64,000 bases of DNA from Flectonema sp. DT1601. Its lineage: Eukaryota. Where the stretch lies: contig OZ025804.1 in the NCBI GenBank assembly GCA_964019425.1, forward strand, positions 62,001 to 126,000, given 5' to 3'. Numbering within the stretch: the first letter of the stretch is position 1; each line of letters opens with the position of its first letter. This document shows, one piece after another, positions 23,067-33,880 of this stretch. The notes beneath the pieces were generated by a model. That model searched no databases, was not told the DNA's origin, and saw only the letters and a program-made list of their open reading frames with translations. The position numbers and the translations under genes are program-made.

Positions 23067-23480
23067 TTACTTCTTTGGAGACTTCTTTGGGGATTTCTTG
23101 GCGGCGGCCTTCTTCTTGGCAGCAGCCTCCTTCGCCTTCTTGGCGTCCTTCTTCTCAGCGGCTCTCTCCTTCTTCTCAGCGAGCTTCTTTGCCTTCTTCT
23201 TTCTCTTGGCTGCTGCGTCCTTTTGCTTTTTCTCGGCTCTCTCCTCCTTTCTCTCCTTCTTGGCAGCGGATTTCTCCTGTCTCTTTTCCTTCTGACCTTC
23301 CTTGTATTCCTTCAAGGCAGAAGCAATCTGCTGTTTGGTGGTAGACTTCTTCTCCCTCTTAACCTTCTCAGGGGCATCGATCAAGAAAGCATCGACGACA
23401 TTCCTCTTGTTAGGCTTACGGAGTGGGACGATCACCTTCTTTGGGGAAGACTTGGACTTGGATCCTTTCTTGGCGGCCAT
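23067..23480 (-). CDS. Lysine/alanine-rich histone H1-like basic protein, array copy 1
   Basis: 137 aa, K/A/E-rich, SPKK motifs at both ends. Confidence 0.8.
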   Translation of the reverse strand: MAAKKGSKSKSSPKKVIVPLRKPNKRNVVDAFLIDAPEKVKREKKSTTKQQIASALKEYKEGQKEKRQEKSAAKKERKEERAEKKQKDAAAKRKKKAKKLAEKKERAAEKKDAKKAKEAAAKKKAAAKKSPKKSPKK

Positions 23481-24079
23481 TGTTGTTGAAGTAGAGTGTT
23501 CTAAGCTGATGATTGGAAGGGATAAATTGACAAACTGAAAAGATAATTACTCACACTGACTACAGACAGCACTATCTGTACTTGGATAACATGACGACAA
23601 CAAATAAAGTTTCCCTTCTCCTTACCCATCTCTACATCCTTTTTACGTGTGCTGTCGAATAGATAAGTGTAGGCCTTGGGAGGATTAATTCTTAACTTAA
23701 CTTTCGCAATATTTCGTTTTTTTTTTTTTTCATTCATCATAGCAGCCCAGGTTTACAGAAATTGGAGAAGTCGGAGGGCGCTACTCAGATTGTACTCAAC
23801 AGGGAGGGTTTACTTGTTTATCCACGACAAACATTACCATAAATATCTGAAAGAACGAAGGGGAAAAACAAGTGGGTGAAGTGGGGGTTGTGAACGTGAG
23901 ACAACAGTGGGATTAATTTCTTTTTCGTTTTTTCTTCTTTAAACTTTCTTTTTACCTTCAGGTCCATAAATCTCAGATTAGATAAAGTAGTGATCTGTCA
24001 AATGAAGGTTATGTTATGCACCGCAGTCGCTAGGTTAATTGGGTACATTTTGTAGATTGGTATAAAAAATTCACACGAA

Positions 24080-24574
24080 TTACTTCTTTGGAGACTTTTT
24101 TGGAGACTTCTTTGGGGACTTCTTGGCCTCGGCCTTCTTTTTGGCTTCAGCCTTCTTCTTGGCAGCCTCCTTCGCCTTCTTCTCCTCCTTCTTCTCAGCG
24201 GCTCTCTCCTTTTTCTCGGCCGCTCTTAATTGCTTTTTCTCCTTCTTCTCAGCGGCTCTCTCCTTCTTCTCAGCGAGCTTCTTTGCCTTCTTCTTTTTCT
24301 TGGCTGCTGCGTCCTTTTGCTTTTTCTCGGCCCTCTCCTCCTTTCTCTCCTTCTTGGCAGCGGATTTCTCCTGTCTCTTTTCCTTCTGACCTTCCTTGTA
24401 CTCCTTCAAGGCAGAAGCAATCTGCTGTTTGGTGGTAGACTTCTTCTCCCTCTTTACCTTCTCAGGGGCATCGATCAAGAAAGCATCGACGACATTCCTC
24501 TTGTTAGGCTTACGGAGTGGGACGATCACCTTCTTTGGGGAAGACTTGGACTTAGATCCTTTCTTGGCGGCCAT
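24080..24574 (-). CDS. H1-like basic protein, array copy 2 (longer variant, 164 aa from MAAKKG)
   Basis: Same N-terminus, extra RAAEKK/AKKKAE repeats, three terminal SPKK. Confidence 0.8.
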   Translation of the reverse strand: MAAKKGSKSKSSPKKVIVPLRKPNKRNVVDAFLIDAPEKVKREKKSTTKQQIASALKEYKEGQKEKRQEKSAAKKERKEERAEKKQKDAAAKKKKKAKKLAEKKERAAEKKEKKQLRAAEKKERAAEKKEEKKAKEAAKKKAEAKKKAEAKKSPKKSPKKSPKK

Positions 24575-24857
24575 TTTTCTTTTTGTTAAACTAAGCTGAA
24601 ATAACAAAACTGAGCGATAAACAAAAACATCAAATACCAGACCAGCTGGTTCATTAATTTGGATCACCTGTTTCAGTGAGTTGTGAAAATAAATTGAATC
24701 CGCACTGAGGCCAACTCTATTTTATTTATCGAAACGATATAATGTTGTTGAGAGGAATAAAAACCAGAAATCGGTGTGCAGAAACACCTTCAGCTTCTGA
24801 AGAGCTGAAATACTTCAATTTAATACCAGAAATAATACAAAAAACTTATTCACTTGT

Positions 24858-25271
24858 TTACTTCTTTGGAGACTTCTTTGGAGATTTCTTGGCGGCGGCC
24901 TTCTTCTTGGCAGCAGCCTCCTTCGCCTTCTTGGCGTCCTTCTTCTCAGCGGCTCTCTCCTTCTTCTCAGCGAGCTTCTTTGCCTTCTTCTTTCTCTTGG
25001 CTGCTGCGTCCTTTTGCTTTTTCTCGGCCCTCTCCTCCTTTCTCTCCTTCTTGGCAGCGGACTTCTCCTGTCTCTTTTCCTTCTGACCTTCCTTGTATTC
25101 CTTCAAGGCAGAAGCAATCTGCTGTTTGGTGGTAGACTTCTTCTCCCTCTTAACCTTCTCAGGGGCATCGATCAAGAAAGCATCGACGACATTCCTCTTG
25201 TTAGGCTTACGGAGTGGGACGATCACCTTCTTTGGGGAAGACTTGGACTTGGATCCTTTCTTGGCGGCCAT
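24858..25271 (-). CDS. H1-like basic protein, array copy 3
   Basis: 137 aa, same translation as copy 1. Confidence 0.8.
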   Translation of the reverse strand: MAAKKGSKSKSSPKKVIVPLRKPNKRNVVDAFLIDAPEKVKREKKSTTKQQIASALKEYKEGQKEKRQEKSAAKKERKEERAEKKQKDAAAKRKKKAKKLAEKKERAAEKKDAKKAKEAAAKKKAAAKKSPKKSPKK

Positions 25272-25601
25272 TGTTGTTAAGTAGTGTTAGTATGAAGCTG
25301 TGGTGTGAATATGAATGTGTGAAATAAACCAAACTAAAAATTATGATAAAATACTTCTTCTTCTTGTTGGAATACGAAATCACAACCTGGCTCACCCTAA
25401 TAAATAAGTTTTAACAACTGTTTGTACTCAACCACAATAAGTTAGTGTGTCCTGATGTTGTTTCTGTGATAAATAAAGTAACACCACAATCACAAGAATA
25501 GGAACCATATTATAATAACTGGGACGGGAATACTATGTGTTGGTGTTGAGGAACACCTTTGGTAATACCAAAAGGTATTTGAGTACCAAAATAAACTTAC
25601 T

Positions 25602-26015
25602 TTACTTCTTTGGAGACTTCTTTGGGGATTTCTTGGCGGCGGCCTTCTTCTTGGCAGCAGCCTCCCTCGCCTTCTTGGCGTCCTTCTTCTCAGCGGCTCT
25701 CTCCTTCTTCTCAGCGAGCTTCTTTGCCTTCTTCTTTCTCTTGGCTGCTGCGTCCTTTTGCTTTTTCTCGGCTCTCTCCTCCTTTCTCTCCTTCTTGGCA
25801 GCGGACTTCTCCTGTCTCTTTTCCTTCTGACCTTCCTTGTATTCCTTCAAGGCAGAAGCAATCTGCTGTTTGGTGGTAGACTTCTTCTCCCTCTTAACCT
25901 TCTCAGGGGCATCGATCAAGAAAGCATCGACGACATTCCTCTTGTTAGGCTTACGGAGTGGGACGATCACCTTCTTTGGGGAAGACTTGGACTTGGATCC
26001 TTTCTTGGCGGCCAT
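25602..26015 (-). CDS. H1-like basic protein, array copy 4
   Basis: 137 aa, K-to-R variant (AKKARE). Confidence 0.8.
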   Translation of the reverse strand: MAAKKGSKSKSSPKKVIVPLRKPNKRNVVDAFLIDAPEKVKREKKSTTKQQIASALKEYKEGQKEKRQEKSAAKKERKEERAEKKQKDAAAKRKKKAKKLAEKKERAAEKKDAKKAREAAAKKKAAAKKSPKKSPKK

Positions 26016-26406
26016 TGTTGTTGAAGTAGAGTGTTCTAAGCTGATGAGGAGATGAATTGATGCTGAGATTAAAATAAAATAACGTGAAACCGAAATGTTT
26101 ACCAGCTGTACAGGTTAATAAATTATCGAACCCAAGTCAAGATCTGAATAGTTCTGATTGTGTTGGTACGCCAACAGCAGCTAATTAAGATTTCTTACTT
26201 ACCATTCAATTCGACGTGTTCCAAGTCACACTCACAGCACCCTAATAGTTATTTATTATAAATTCTAAAAGTGGGGGTAAGAATCTTAACTTCGTAGTGT
26301 GTAAGGGTTGACAGGTTCACAACTGCGAACAATTACATTTGGGTGTTGAGGAACACCTGCGTGAAGCTAGTCGACCAAACTACTATAAAAGCTGCATACG
26401 AGTACT

Positions 26407-26820
26407 TTACTTCTTTGGAGACTTCTTTGGAGATTTCTTGGCGGCGGCCTTCTTCTTGGCAGCAGCCTCCCTCGCCTTCTTGGCGTCCTTCTTCTCAGCG
26501 GCTCTCTCCTTCTTCTCAGCGAGCTTCTTTGCCTTCTTCTTTCTCTTGGCTGCTGCGTCCTTTTGCTTTTTCTCGGCCCTCTCCTCCTTTCTCTCCTTCT
26601 TGGCAGCGGACTTCTCCTGTCTCTTTTCCTTCTGACCTTCCTTGTATTCCTTCAAGGCAGAAGCAATCTGCTGTTTGGTGGTAGACTTCTTCTCCCTCTT
26701 AACCTTCTCAGGGGCATCGATCAAGAAAGCATCGACGACATTCCTCTTGTTAGGCTTACGGAGTGGGACGATCACCTTCTTTGGGGAAGACTTGGACTTG
26801 GATCCTTTCTTGGCGGCCAT
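26407..26820 (-). CDS. H1-like basic protein, array copy 5
   Basis: 137 aa, AKKARE variant. Confidence 0.8.
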   Translation of the reverse strand: MAAKKGSKSKSSPKKVIVPLRKPNKRNVVDAFLIDAPEKVKREKKSTTKQQIASALKEYKEGQKEKRQEKSAAKKERKEERAEKKQKDAAAKRKKKAKKLAEKKERAAEKKDAKKAREAAAKKKAAAKKSPKKSPKK

Positions 26821-27190
26821 TGTTGTTAAGTAGTGTTAGTATGAAGCTGCGAGAGGTTAGTTATGTTTTATTTATTAGTTGTTTACTAATGATTCACAAC
26901 ACTTGTGTATGAAGTCCCCAAACATTTAGTATTGGAAGACTCTACCAAATGTCCAGCGAAGAGTATCAGAACACTCATCATTATGGTACAGAAGACACTA
27001 TTTGGTAACATGACTGGACTGTTGGATTAGAAATAAATAACTTTCAAGTTGCATGACGAAGAGTAAGTATTTGGTGTACAACAACACCTCAGTAAGAAGT
27101 AATAATTCTTATTGAAAAGTAGGGGAGAGAGAGATGGGGGGAGGAATTACAACGAACCAACGTAACTCACAATTAGTAACTAAAATTAAT

Positions 27191-27604
27191 TTACTTCTTT
27201 GGAGACTTCTTTGGAGATTTCTTAGCGGCGGCCTTCTTCTTGGCAGCAGCCTCCTTCGCCTTCTTGGCGTCCTTCTTCTCAGCGGCTCTCTCCTTCTTCT
27301 CAGCGAGCTTCTTTGCCTTCTTCTTTCTCTTGGCTGCTGCGTCCTTTTGCTTTTTCTCGGCTCTCTCCTCCTTTCTCTCCTTCTTGGCAGCGGATTTCTC
27401 CTGTCTCTTTTCCTTCTGACCTTCCTTGTATTCCTTCAAGGCAGAAGCAATCTGCTGTTTGGTGGTAGACTTCTTCTCCCTCTTAACCTTCTCAGGGGCA
27501 TCGATCAAGAAAGCATCGACGACATTCCTCTTGTTAGGCTTACGGAGTGGGACGATCACCTTCTTTGGGGAAGACTTGGACTTGGATCCTTTCTTGGCGG
27601 CCAT
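27191..27604 (-). CDS. H1-like basic protein, array copy 6
   Basis: 137 aa, same as copy 1. Confidence 0.8.
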   Translation of the reverse strand: MAAKKGSKSKSSPKKVIVPLRKPNKRNVVDAFLIDAPEKVKREKKSTTKQQIASALKEYKEGQKEKRQEKSAAKKERKEERAEKKQKDAAAKRKKKAKKLAEKKERAAEKKDAKKAKEAAAKKKAAAKKSPKKSPKK

Positions 27605-27941
27605 TGTTGTTGAAGTAGAGTGTTCTAAGCTGATAAATAATAATAAGATGGCAGGTATTATTACATTATTTCACAATATTTTTTATATTATTTCAATTCC
27701 AAACTTATAGTCAGTTGACCCGAATTGTAAAAAGGTTCCCTGAGAGAAGATGAAGAAAGTGTTAACACAAATAAAAGGTACTGACTGAATACAAAAAAGG
27801 TTAACCCTAAATTACGTTACGATATGTAACTGGGAGAGGAATAAAAACCAGAAATCGGTGTGCAGAAACACCTTCAGCTTCTGAAGAGCTGAAATACTTC
27901 AATTTAATACCAGAAATAATACAAAAAACTTATTCACTTGT

Positions 27942-28355
27942 TTACTTCTTTGGAGACTTCTTTGGAGATTTCTTGGCGGCGGCCTTCTTCTTGGCAGCAG
28001 CCTCCTTCGCCTTCTTGGCGTCCTTCTTCTCAGCGGCTCTCTCCTTCTTCTCAGCGAGCTTCTTTGCCTTCTTCTTTCTCTTGGCTGCTGCGTCCTTTTG
28101 CTTTTTCTCGGCCCTCTCCTCCTTTCTCTCCTTCTTGGCAGCGGATTTCTCCTGTCTCTTTTCCTTCTGACCTTCCTTGTATTCCTTCAAGGCAGAAGCA
28201 ATCTGCTGTTTGGTGGTAGACTTCTTCTCCCTCTTAACCTTCTCAGGGGCATCGATCAAGAAAGCATCGACGACATTCCTCTTGTTAGGCTTACGGAGTG
28301 GGACGATCACCTTCTTTGGGGAAGACTTGGACTTGGATCCTTTCTTGGCGGCCAT
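27942..28355 (-). CDS. H1-like basic protein, array copy 7
   Basis: 137 aa, same as copy 1. Confidence 0.8.
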   Translation of the reverse strand: MAAKKGSKSKSSPKKVIVPLRKPNKRNVVDAFLIDAPEKVKREKKSTTKQQIASALKEYKEGQKEKRQEKSAAKKERKEERAEKKQKDAAAKRKKKAKKLAEKKERAAEKKDAKKAKEAAAKKKAAAKKSPKKSPKK

Positions 28356-28886
28356 TGTTGTTAAGTTGAGTATTTAAGCTGCGGAACAGGAAAGCTTGAC
28401 TGAATAAAATGAACGCTGAAATAATATAAATATCCCAACAGATTGACTAATGGTAATGTTAGTATTGGTAAACAGTAGTCGTAAAAGACTCTACACTATA
28501 TTTATAGACCATCTCCACACGTGTGTTGTCATTCAGTGCAGGTACGCAATCGAACATAAATAATAATTTATTAAAGCGAACTCATGATGAGGAAGTGATA
28601 TAATATGAATTCCCTCAAACAGTGACAGTAATAACATAATTTATTTCCAAAACGTGTCTTCCACAAATGTAAAAAGGTTCCCTGAGAGAAGAAAGTGTTA
28701 ACACAAATAAATGGTACTGACTGAATACAAAAAGGTTAACCCTAAATTACGTTACGATATGTAACTGGGAGAGGAATAAAAACCAGAAATCGGTGTGCAG
28801 AAACACCTTCAGCTTCTGAAGAGCTGAAATACTTCAATTTACTTCAATTTAATACCAGAAATAATACAAAAAACTTATTCACTTGT

Positions 28887-29300
28887 TTACTTCTTTGGAG
28901 ACTTCTTTGGAGATTTCTTGGCGGCGGCCTTCTTCTTGGCAGCAGCCTCCCTCGCCTTCTTGGCGTCCTTCTTCTCAGCGGCTCTCTCCTTCTTCTCAGC
29001 GAGCTTCTTTGCCTTCTTCTTTCTCTTGGCTGCTGCGTCCTTTTGCTTTTTCTCGGCCCTCTCCTCCTTTCTCTCCTTCTTGGCAGCGGATTTCTCCTGT
29101 CTCTTTTCCTTCTGACCTTCCTTGTATTCCTTCAAGGCAGAAGCAATCTGCTGTTTGGTGGTAGACTTCTTCTCCCTCTTAACCTTCTCAGGGGCATCGA
29201 TCAAGAAAGCATCGACGACATTCCTCTTGTTAGGCTTACGGAGTGGGACGATCACCTTCTTTGGGGAAGACTTGGACTTGGATCCTTTCTTGGCGGCCAT
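28887..29300 (-). CDS. H1-like basic protein, array copy 8
   Basis: 137 aa, AKKARE variant. Confidence 0.8.
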   Translation of the reverse strand: MAAKKGSKSKSSPKKVIVPLRKPNKRNVVDAFLIDAPEKVKREKKSTTKQQIASALKEYKEGQKEKRQEKSAAKKERKEERAEKKQKDAAAKRKKKAKKLAEKKERAAEKKDAKKAREAAAKKKAAAKKSPKKSPKK

Positions 29301-29648
29301 TGTTGTTAAGTAGTGTTAGTATGAAGCTGTGGTGTGAATATGAATGTGTGAAATAAACCAAACTAAAAATTATGATAAAATACTTCTTCTTCTTGTTGGA
29401 ATACGAAATCACAACCTGGCTCAAATCTCAGTACAGGGAGAGAACAATATTTACTGCTGATAGTCGAGTAAAACTACTACTTCGAAGAAGAGTGTTGACA
29501 AATAATAAAACTTTTTATCAAAAAAAATTTTAAAAAAAAAAAAAAAAAATGAGCGTATCATCCCCTAAACTGCTACCAGTACCGATGATTATATCAGATT
29601 CTGAGGTTTAAATATTATGAAGAAAATCGATCAGCGTCTACCAACGAG

Positions 29649-30524
29649 TTACTTTACTTTTTTATAAATAATTATATCTCTTCCAGTGAAACCATCATTC
29701 TTGTCAAGTTTCATTGTTAAGTATTCTTCAAATCCAAATTGTGATTCCAATAAAGTCCCAAACTCCGATGGATGAATTTTTAAATTTCGGGAAGTCATCG
29801 CATGTCCTAACTTGCTTACTGCTTTCTTATAACTCTTCCAAGGCTGTGCTTCAAGTATAAAAAGACCACCTATGTTGAGTAGGGATGAAATTCTTGAAAA
29901 GGCAAGTCGGAGTCCGGAGTCTCCGAAATTCAGATGAATCCATTTGGATACGGAGAATGCCATTATAATATCAAAAAGATTCCCATCAGGAAGCGGAATA
30001 TTGTCTCTCAAGTTTGATATATTAACCGTGTGAAACGACAGCCGAGGTACTTCTTTACTAACTTTTACTAATTCAGAACATTTTTGAGGAAAATATTTTT
30101 CATAATCACCAGGAACTTCAATACATTTTTTTTTATTTATTTGAATCGCGCGATTAATTAATCTTTGATCGATGTCAACACCAGTGACAGATTTAGCTTT
30201 AAATTTCTCACCCAACAATGATGTTAATTGACCGTTATTACAACCCACATCAAGCCAATGAGAACCTTCTAAATGATTTCTTATTTTTTCTAATTCTTTA
30301 ATTCGACCGTCGCTTTCTAAAGTTCGATATCCGTAGTAAGAATCGTAGTTTCCAAATATATATTTATTATGTATGTTTGGGAGGTTCATGGACTCGGTTT
30401 TTCGACGTTTTAATCTTCCTCCTCGAATGTGGTCGTATTGTGTCTTTAGTATATTTGAAGGAATCGGGTTGTGAATTTTTAAATCGTTTTCAACATCTAA
30501 TTCCAACTCTGTCTCAGATGCTGA

Positions 30525-30527
<3 letters not shown>
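29649..30527 (-). CDS. MEPCE: Bin3/MePCE-family RNA methylphosphate-capping methyltransferase (start MSASETE at 30527)
   Basis: FGNYDSYYGYR, LDVGCNNG, GVDID, SVSKWIHLNFGDSGL and GGLFILEAQPWKSY are diagnostic Bin3 motifs. Confidence 0.9.
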
Positions 30528-30563
<36 letters not shown>

Positions 30564-31184
30564 CTGAGAAAAAGAAAAAAAAAGAGTTTTTTTTTTTTTT
30601 TTTATAATACAGGTAAACTGAAAAACAAAAAGACATGAAACCCTCCGCAAGGCCTACCACATCTCAAAATCAAAAAAATAAATTTTCAGATGTAGTTTAA
30701 CCCAAAACACATCAACAGAAACTAAATCAGCATACTGCGGGTATTCTTTATTGAATGATTTATTCTGGAAATTGCAGTTTATACAAAAAAGTCACATTAA
30801 GTTTTACAAAAAACATAATCAGTAGTTCTGCATATTTATCAACGGGTTTCACTATTTTACAAAAAATTACTTTCCTCTGTTTACCCATGTCTGTAAAAAA
30901 TGTAGAAAATAGTAATTTCACAGAAATTGAGTCGAGTAGTTTTATTTTATTTGTTTATTTATTATTATTATTTTTTTTTCCTTTCTTCCTTTCTATTTTT
31001 TTTTTTTTTTTTTTTTTTAATTTCAATCAACAAAGATCTGCATAGACTCTTAACTAAAGAAATAGAAAATACATAAAATAGAACAACAGGGTAATATTCG
31101 TTACTTGTAATCTTATCAATTATTTAAAATAACTTTCAACGTTTAAATAAAAAATTGAAATCTTACGAATCCACTCGGTAGGTT

Positions 31185-33545
31185 CTATTCGTCGTCGTCT
31201 TCTTCACTTAGAAATGATTTCTTCTTCTGTCTCACTTCTTCAATTTGATTTTTTATGTCAGACTTGACCAACTCGATTGGTACAACATTCTGAGCAGAGT
31301 GTAATGTGTATGACAAATAAGACAATCCCATGTATCCAGCAAGGTGTTTGTAGCGGTAGTTTGAGGGAGGTTTTTCTGGACAAAAAAATTCAAAAACAGA
31401 TCCCCAAGTTGGAAGAAACATCATTTGAATCAATCCAGCACCATGCATCGCAACAATAAGATCAGTAGACCTCGAGATGTTTAATTGTGAATCGAAATCA
31501 TAAGAAGCATAATCAACGACGTTAACGGTTACTTCATTAAAACTTTCCAACAGTGAAATTAGTTCTTCTTCATTTCCAAATCGACGACCTATGCTGTGAC
31601 CTGTCTTGTAATTCCTCCTTGCGATTAGAGTGATCACCACGCTATCATGTATTGATCCTACACCAACTGCATTGTACGAACCTAAAACAAAATCACTGAA
31701 GGCTCTCATCGTACTCGAAGTCTGTTCAATACACTCAACGTGATTATTATATAATAAAGACAGACGAGCTGGGACATTAAAAAAGGCTTTTTCATAGCAT
31801 ACTTTTTTACCTTTGTATTCATCCTTTAAATCAGGATACCAAAGTAGTTTATTACCAGAAGAATACACCCATTGCCATAGAGGAAGATAGAATCCCTTAG
31901 TCATCCTGTCGTGGATTACAATCTGAAGATCGTTGAAGTTGAATTTTAAAATTGAACTCGCCATGAATAAATTTAAAAAATCATGAGCGATGTGGAAAGG
32001 AGAATAATCTCCTGCTCGGGTTACAAAATACGTTGGAGTAGAGATAGTTACGTCGCACTCAGGTTCTGAATCAACATTAGTGAAACCTTTGTCAAACCAA
32101 TCAGCTATGCATTGAATGAACATTCCTTTCCATTGACGTTTTGCTTTTGAAGATACTTCACACCCGTGAGACTCAAACGCTCCTTTGCGAAAGTCTAACC
32201 AGGGAAATTGTTGTGCATGAGGCATCTTATCAAAATTTATTAAAACATTTTCAGATTTACAAAAAGGTGTGTCTGATGAATGTCCTTTTATCTTTCTGGT
32301 ATTGCAAACAATCGAACTTCCAGAATCAGATTTTTGTTTGCACATTTCAAGCTGACTATCAGATGACTGAAACTCTTTTATGGAAGGATAAGAATAGATT
32401 TCATCGCAAGATTTCTTTCGAGATCCTTTATCAGGAATCGATTCCCAATAGTGTCTTTGAAAACAATCCATATCGACATTAGCATGAGATGGGATCTCTG
32501 ATGATGATTTGTGTGATAGTTGACACTTACTCATCGCTGTTTTATATTTATTTTTATTCTTCGATTGTAAAGTTTGAACTGCAAGTAGTTCTTTTGGAAC
32601 AATTGGTTTATCAACATCGTGCCAAGTTGCTTCTTCATAGCTGCTAATAGGCCAGTTTAATTTAGAAAGAATTCGTCTTTCAGAAAGAGCCTCCTGTTCG
32701 GTTCCCCCTGGATTCTGTTTTACAGCATTATCTTTGAGATCATTGTGTTTTTCAACTTGATCAGATTGTGATTCTTTTTTTTTAGACTTGCGATGGTGAT
32801 GATTTCTCTTCTTTGGAACATCAGTGGCATCGTCGCTTTCAGAGTCCTCTGTTTGGTGTTTCTTATTCTGGTTTCTTGATTGGGAGTGTTTTATGTTGTC
32901 GTCTTCGGTGTGGTGTTTGTTCTTTTTTGGAGTTTCAGTCTCATCATTGTCAGTGTCTGTCGGTAAATGGTTGCGATATTTGTTCTTTCTCTTTGAGTGT
33001 TTTAACTTGTCATCATCATCAATAATAAGATTATCGTCTTCGTTGTGATGTTTGATTCTTTTTGGAGGACTGGCGGTCTCATTTTCATCATTTTCGGTAT
33101 CTACATCTCTGTGATGTTTACGTCTCTTAGGTTTAGATTTTTTAATCAACTCCTCCGATTCGGCTAAGCTATCGTCTTCTGTATCGTGTTTGTTATTTTT
33201 TGAATGTTTCTTAACATCATTTTCATTCTCAAAGTCAGAATCTGATTTCTTAGAACGATGTCTTACACTATGATGACGGTTTATGATTTCTTCTTCTTCT
33301 TCGCTGTTGGAGTCTTCCTCAATGTGTTTTTTTTGTTTACTTCCATCCTCTCTTTCAATAGATTTAACCTTCAGCAAGTGTTCACTATATTCAATAACGT
33401 GTTGTAATTGAGTAGAGTCTAACCTTTGAAGCCTTTCTTCGATACTATTTCTACCCGGTCTCCACCCAACTAGCGAGAATCCCATCAGTACTAACCACAA
33501 CACGATTACTACAGCTGCTGACTGAATAACCTTCACCAGTCTCAT
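31185..33545 (-). CDS. Type II membrane glycosyltransferase, family GT61 (EOGT-like)
   Basis: N-terminal TM helix, charged low-complexity stem, C-terminal RR..NEEEL...QL.....D.IVAMHGAGL...FLP....FEF. Confidence 0.85.
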   Translation of the reverse strand: MRLVKVIQSAAVVIVLWLVLMGFSLVGWRPGRNSIEERLQRLDSTQLQHVIEYSEHLLKVKSIEREDGSKQKKHIEEDSNSEEEEEIINRHHSVRHRSKKSDSDFENENDVKKHSKNNKHDTEDDSLAESEELIKKSKPKRRKHHRDVDTENDENETASPPKRIKHHNEDDNLIIDDDDKLKHSKRKNKYRNHLPTDTDNDETETPKKNKHHTEDDNIKHSQSRNQNKKHQTEDSESDDATDVPKKRNHHHRKSKKKESQSDQVEKHNDLKDNAVKQNPGGTEQEALSERRILSKLNWPISSYEEATWHDVDKPIVPKELLAVQTLQSKNKNKYKTAMSKCQLSHKSSSEIPSHANVDMDCFQRHYWESIPDKGSRKKSCDEIYSYPSIKEFQSSDSQLEMCKQKSDSGSSIVCNTRKIKGHSSDTPFCKSENVLINFDKMPHAQQFPWLDFRKGAFESHGCEVSSKAKRQWKGMFIQCIADWFDKGFTNVDSEPECDVTISTPTYFVTRAGDYSPFHIAHDFLNLFMASSILKFNFNDLQIVIHDRMTKGFYLPLWQWVYSSGNKLLWYPDLKDEYKGKKVCYEKAFFNVPARLSLLYNNHVECIEQTSSTMRAFSDFVLGSYNAVGVGSIHDSVVITLIARRNYKTGHSIGRRFGNEEELISLLESFNEVTVNVVDYASYDFDSQLNISRSTDLIVAMHGAGLIQMMFLPTWGSVFEFFCPEKPPSNYRYKHLAGYMGLSYLSYTLHSAQNVVPIELVKSDIKNQIEEVRQKKKSFLSEEDDDE

Positions 33546-33880
33546 TGTGTCTCACCAACAAATATCTGATTGAGATGTGGAATATTTTTTAAAAAGAAAA
33601 AAAAAGAAAAGGAATCAAAGCCCAACAAACTAACTAATCTTTCACAAGGCTCATAACAAGTTTCTTGCCTATTTTGAATTTTATCTCTTTTCACCTTTCT
33701 TTTATATAACAACAAAGAGCCTACGAAAACGTCGTAAACCAGGCAATTTTTTGAGGCCAGACGGAAAAAAGAAAAACTATTAAACGAACTCCTGACAACT
33801 CACATGTGTTGACGATAATCGATGCTCCAAAATATGAACTTTTCTAAAGCCAGAATGAAAAAAACGCTTCAGGTACGTTT

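Noticed and set aside
23075..29313. Many plus-strand Phe/Ser/Leu-rich ORFs
   Set aside because: Antisense shadows of the Lys-rich genes.
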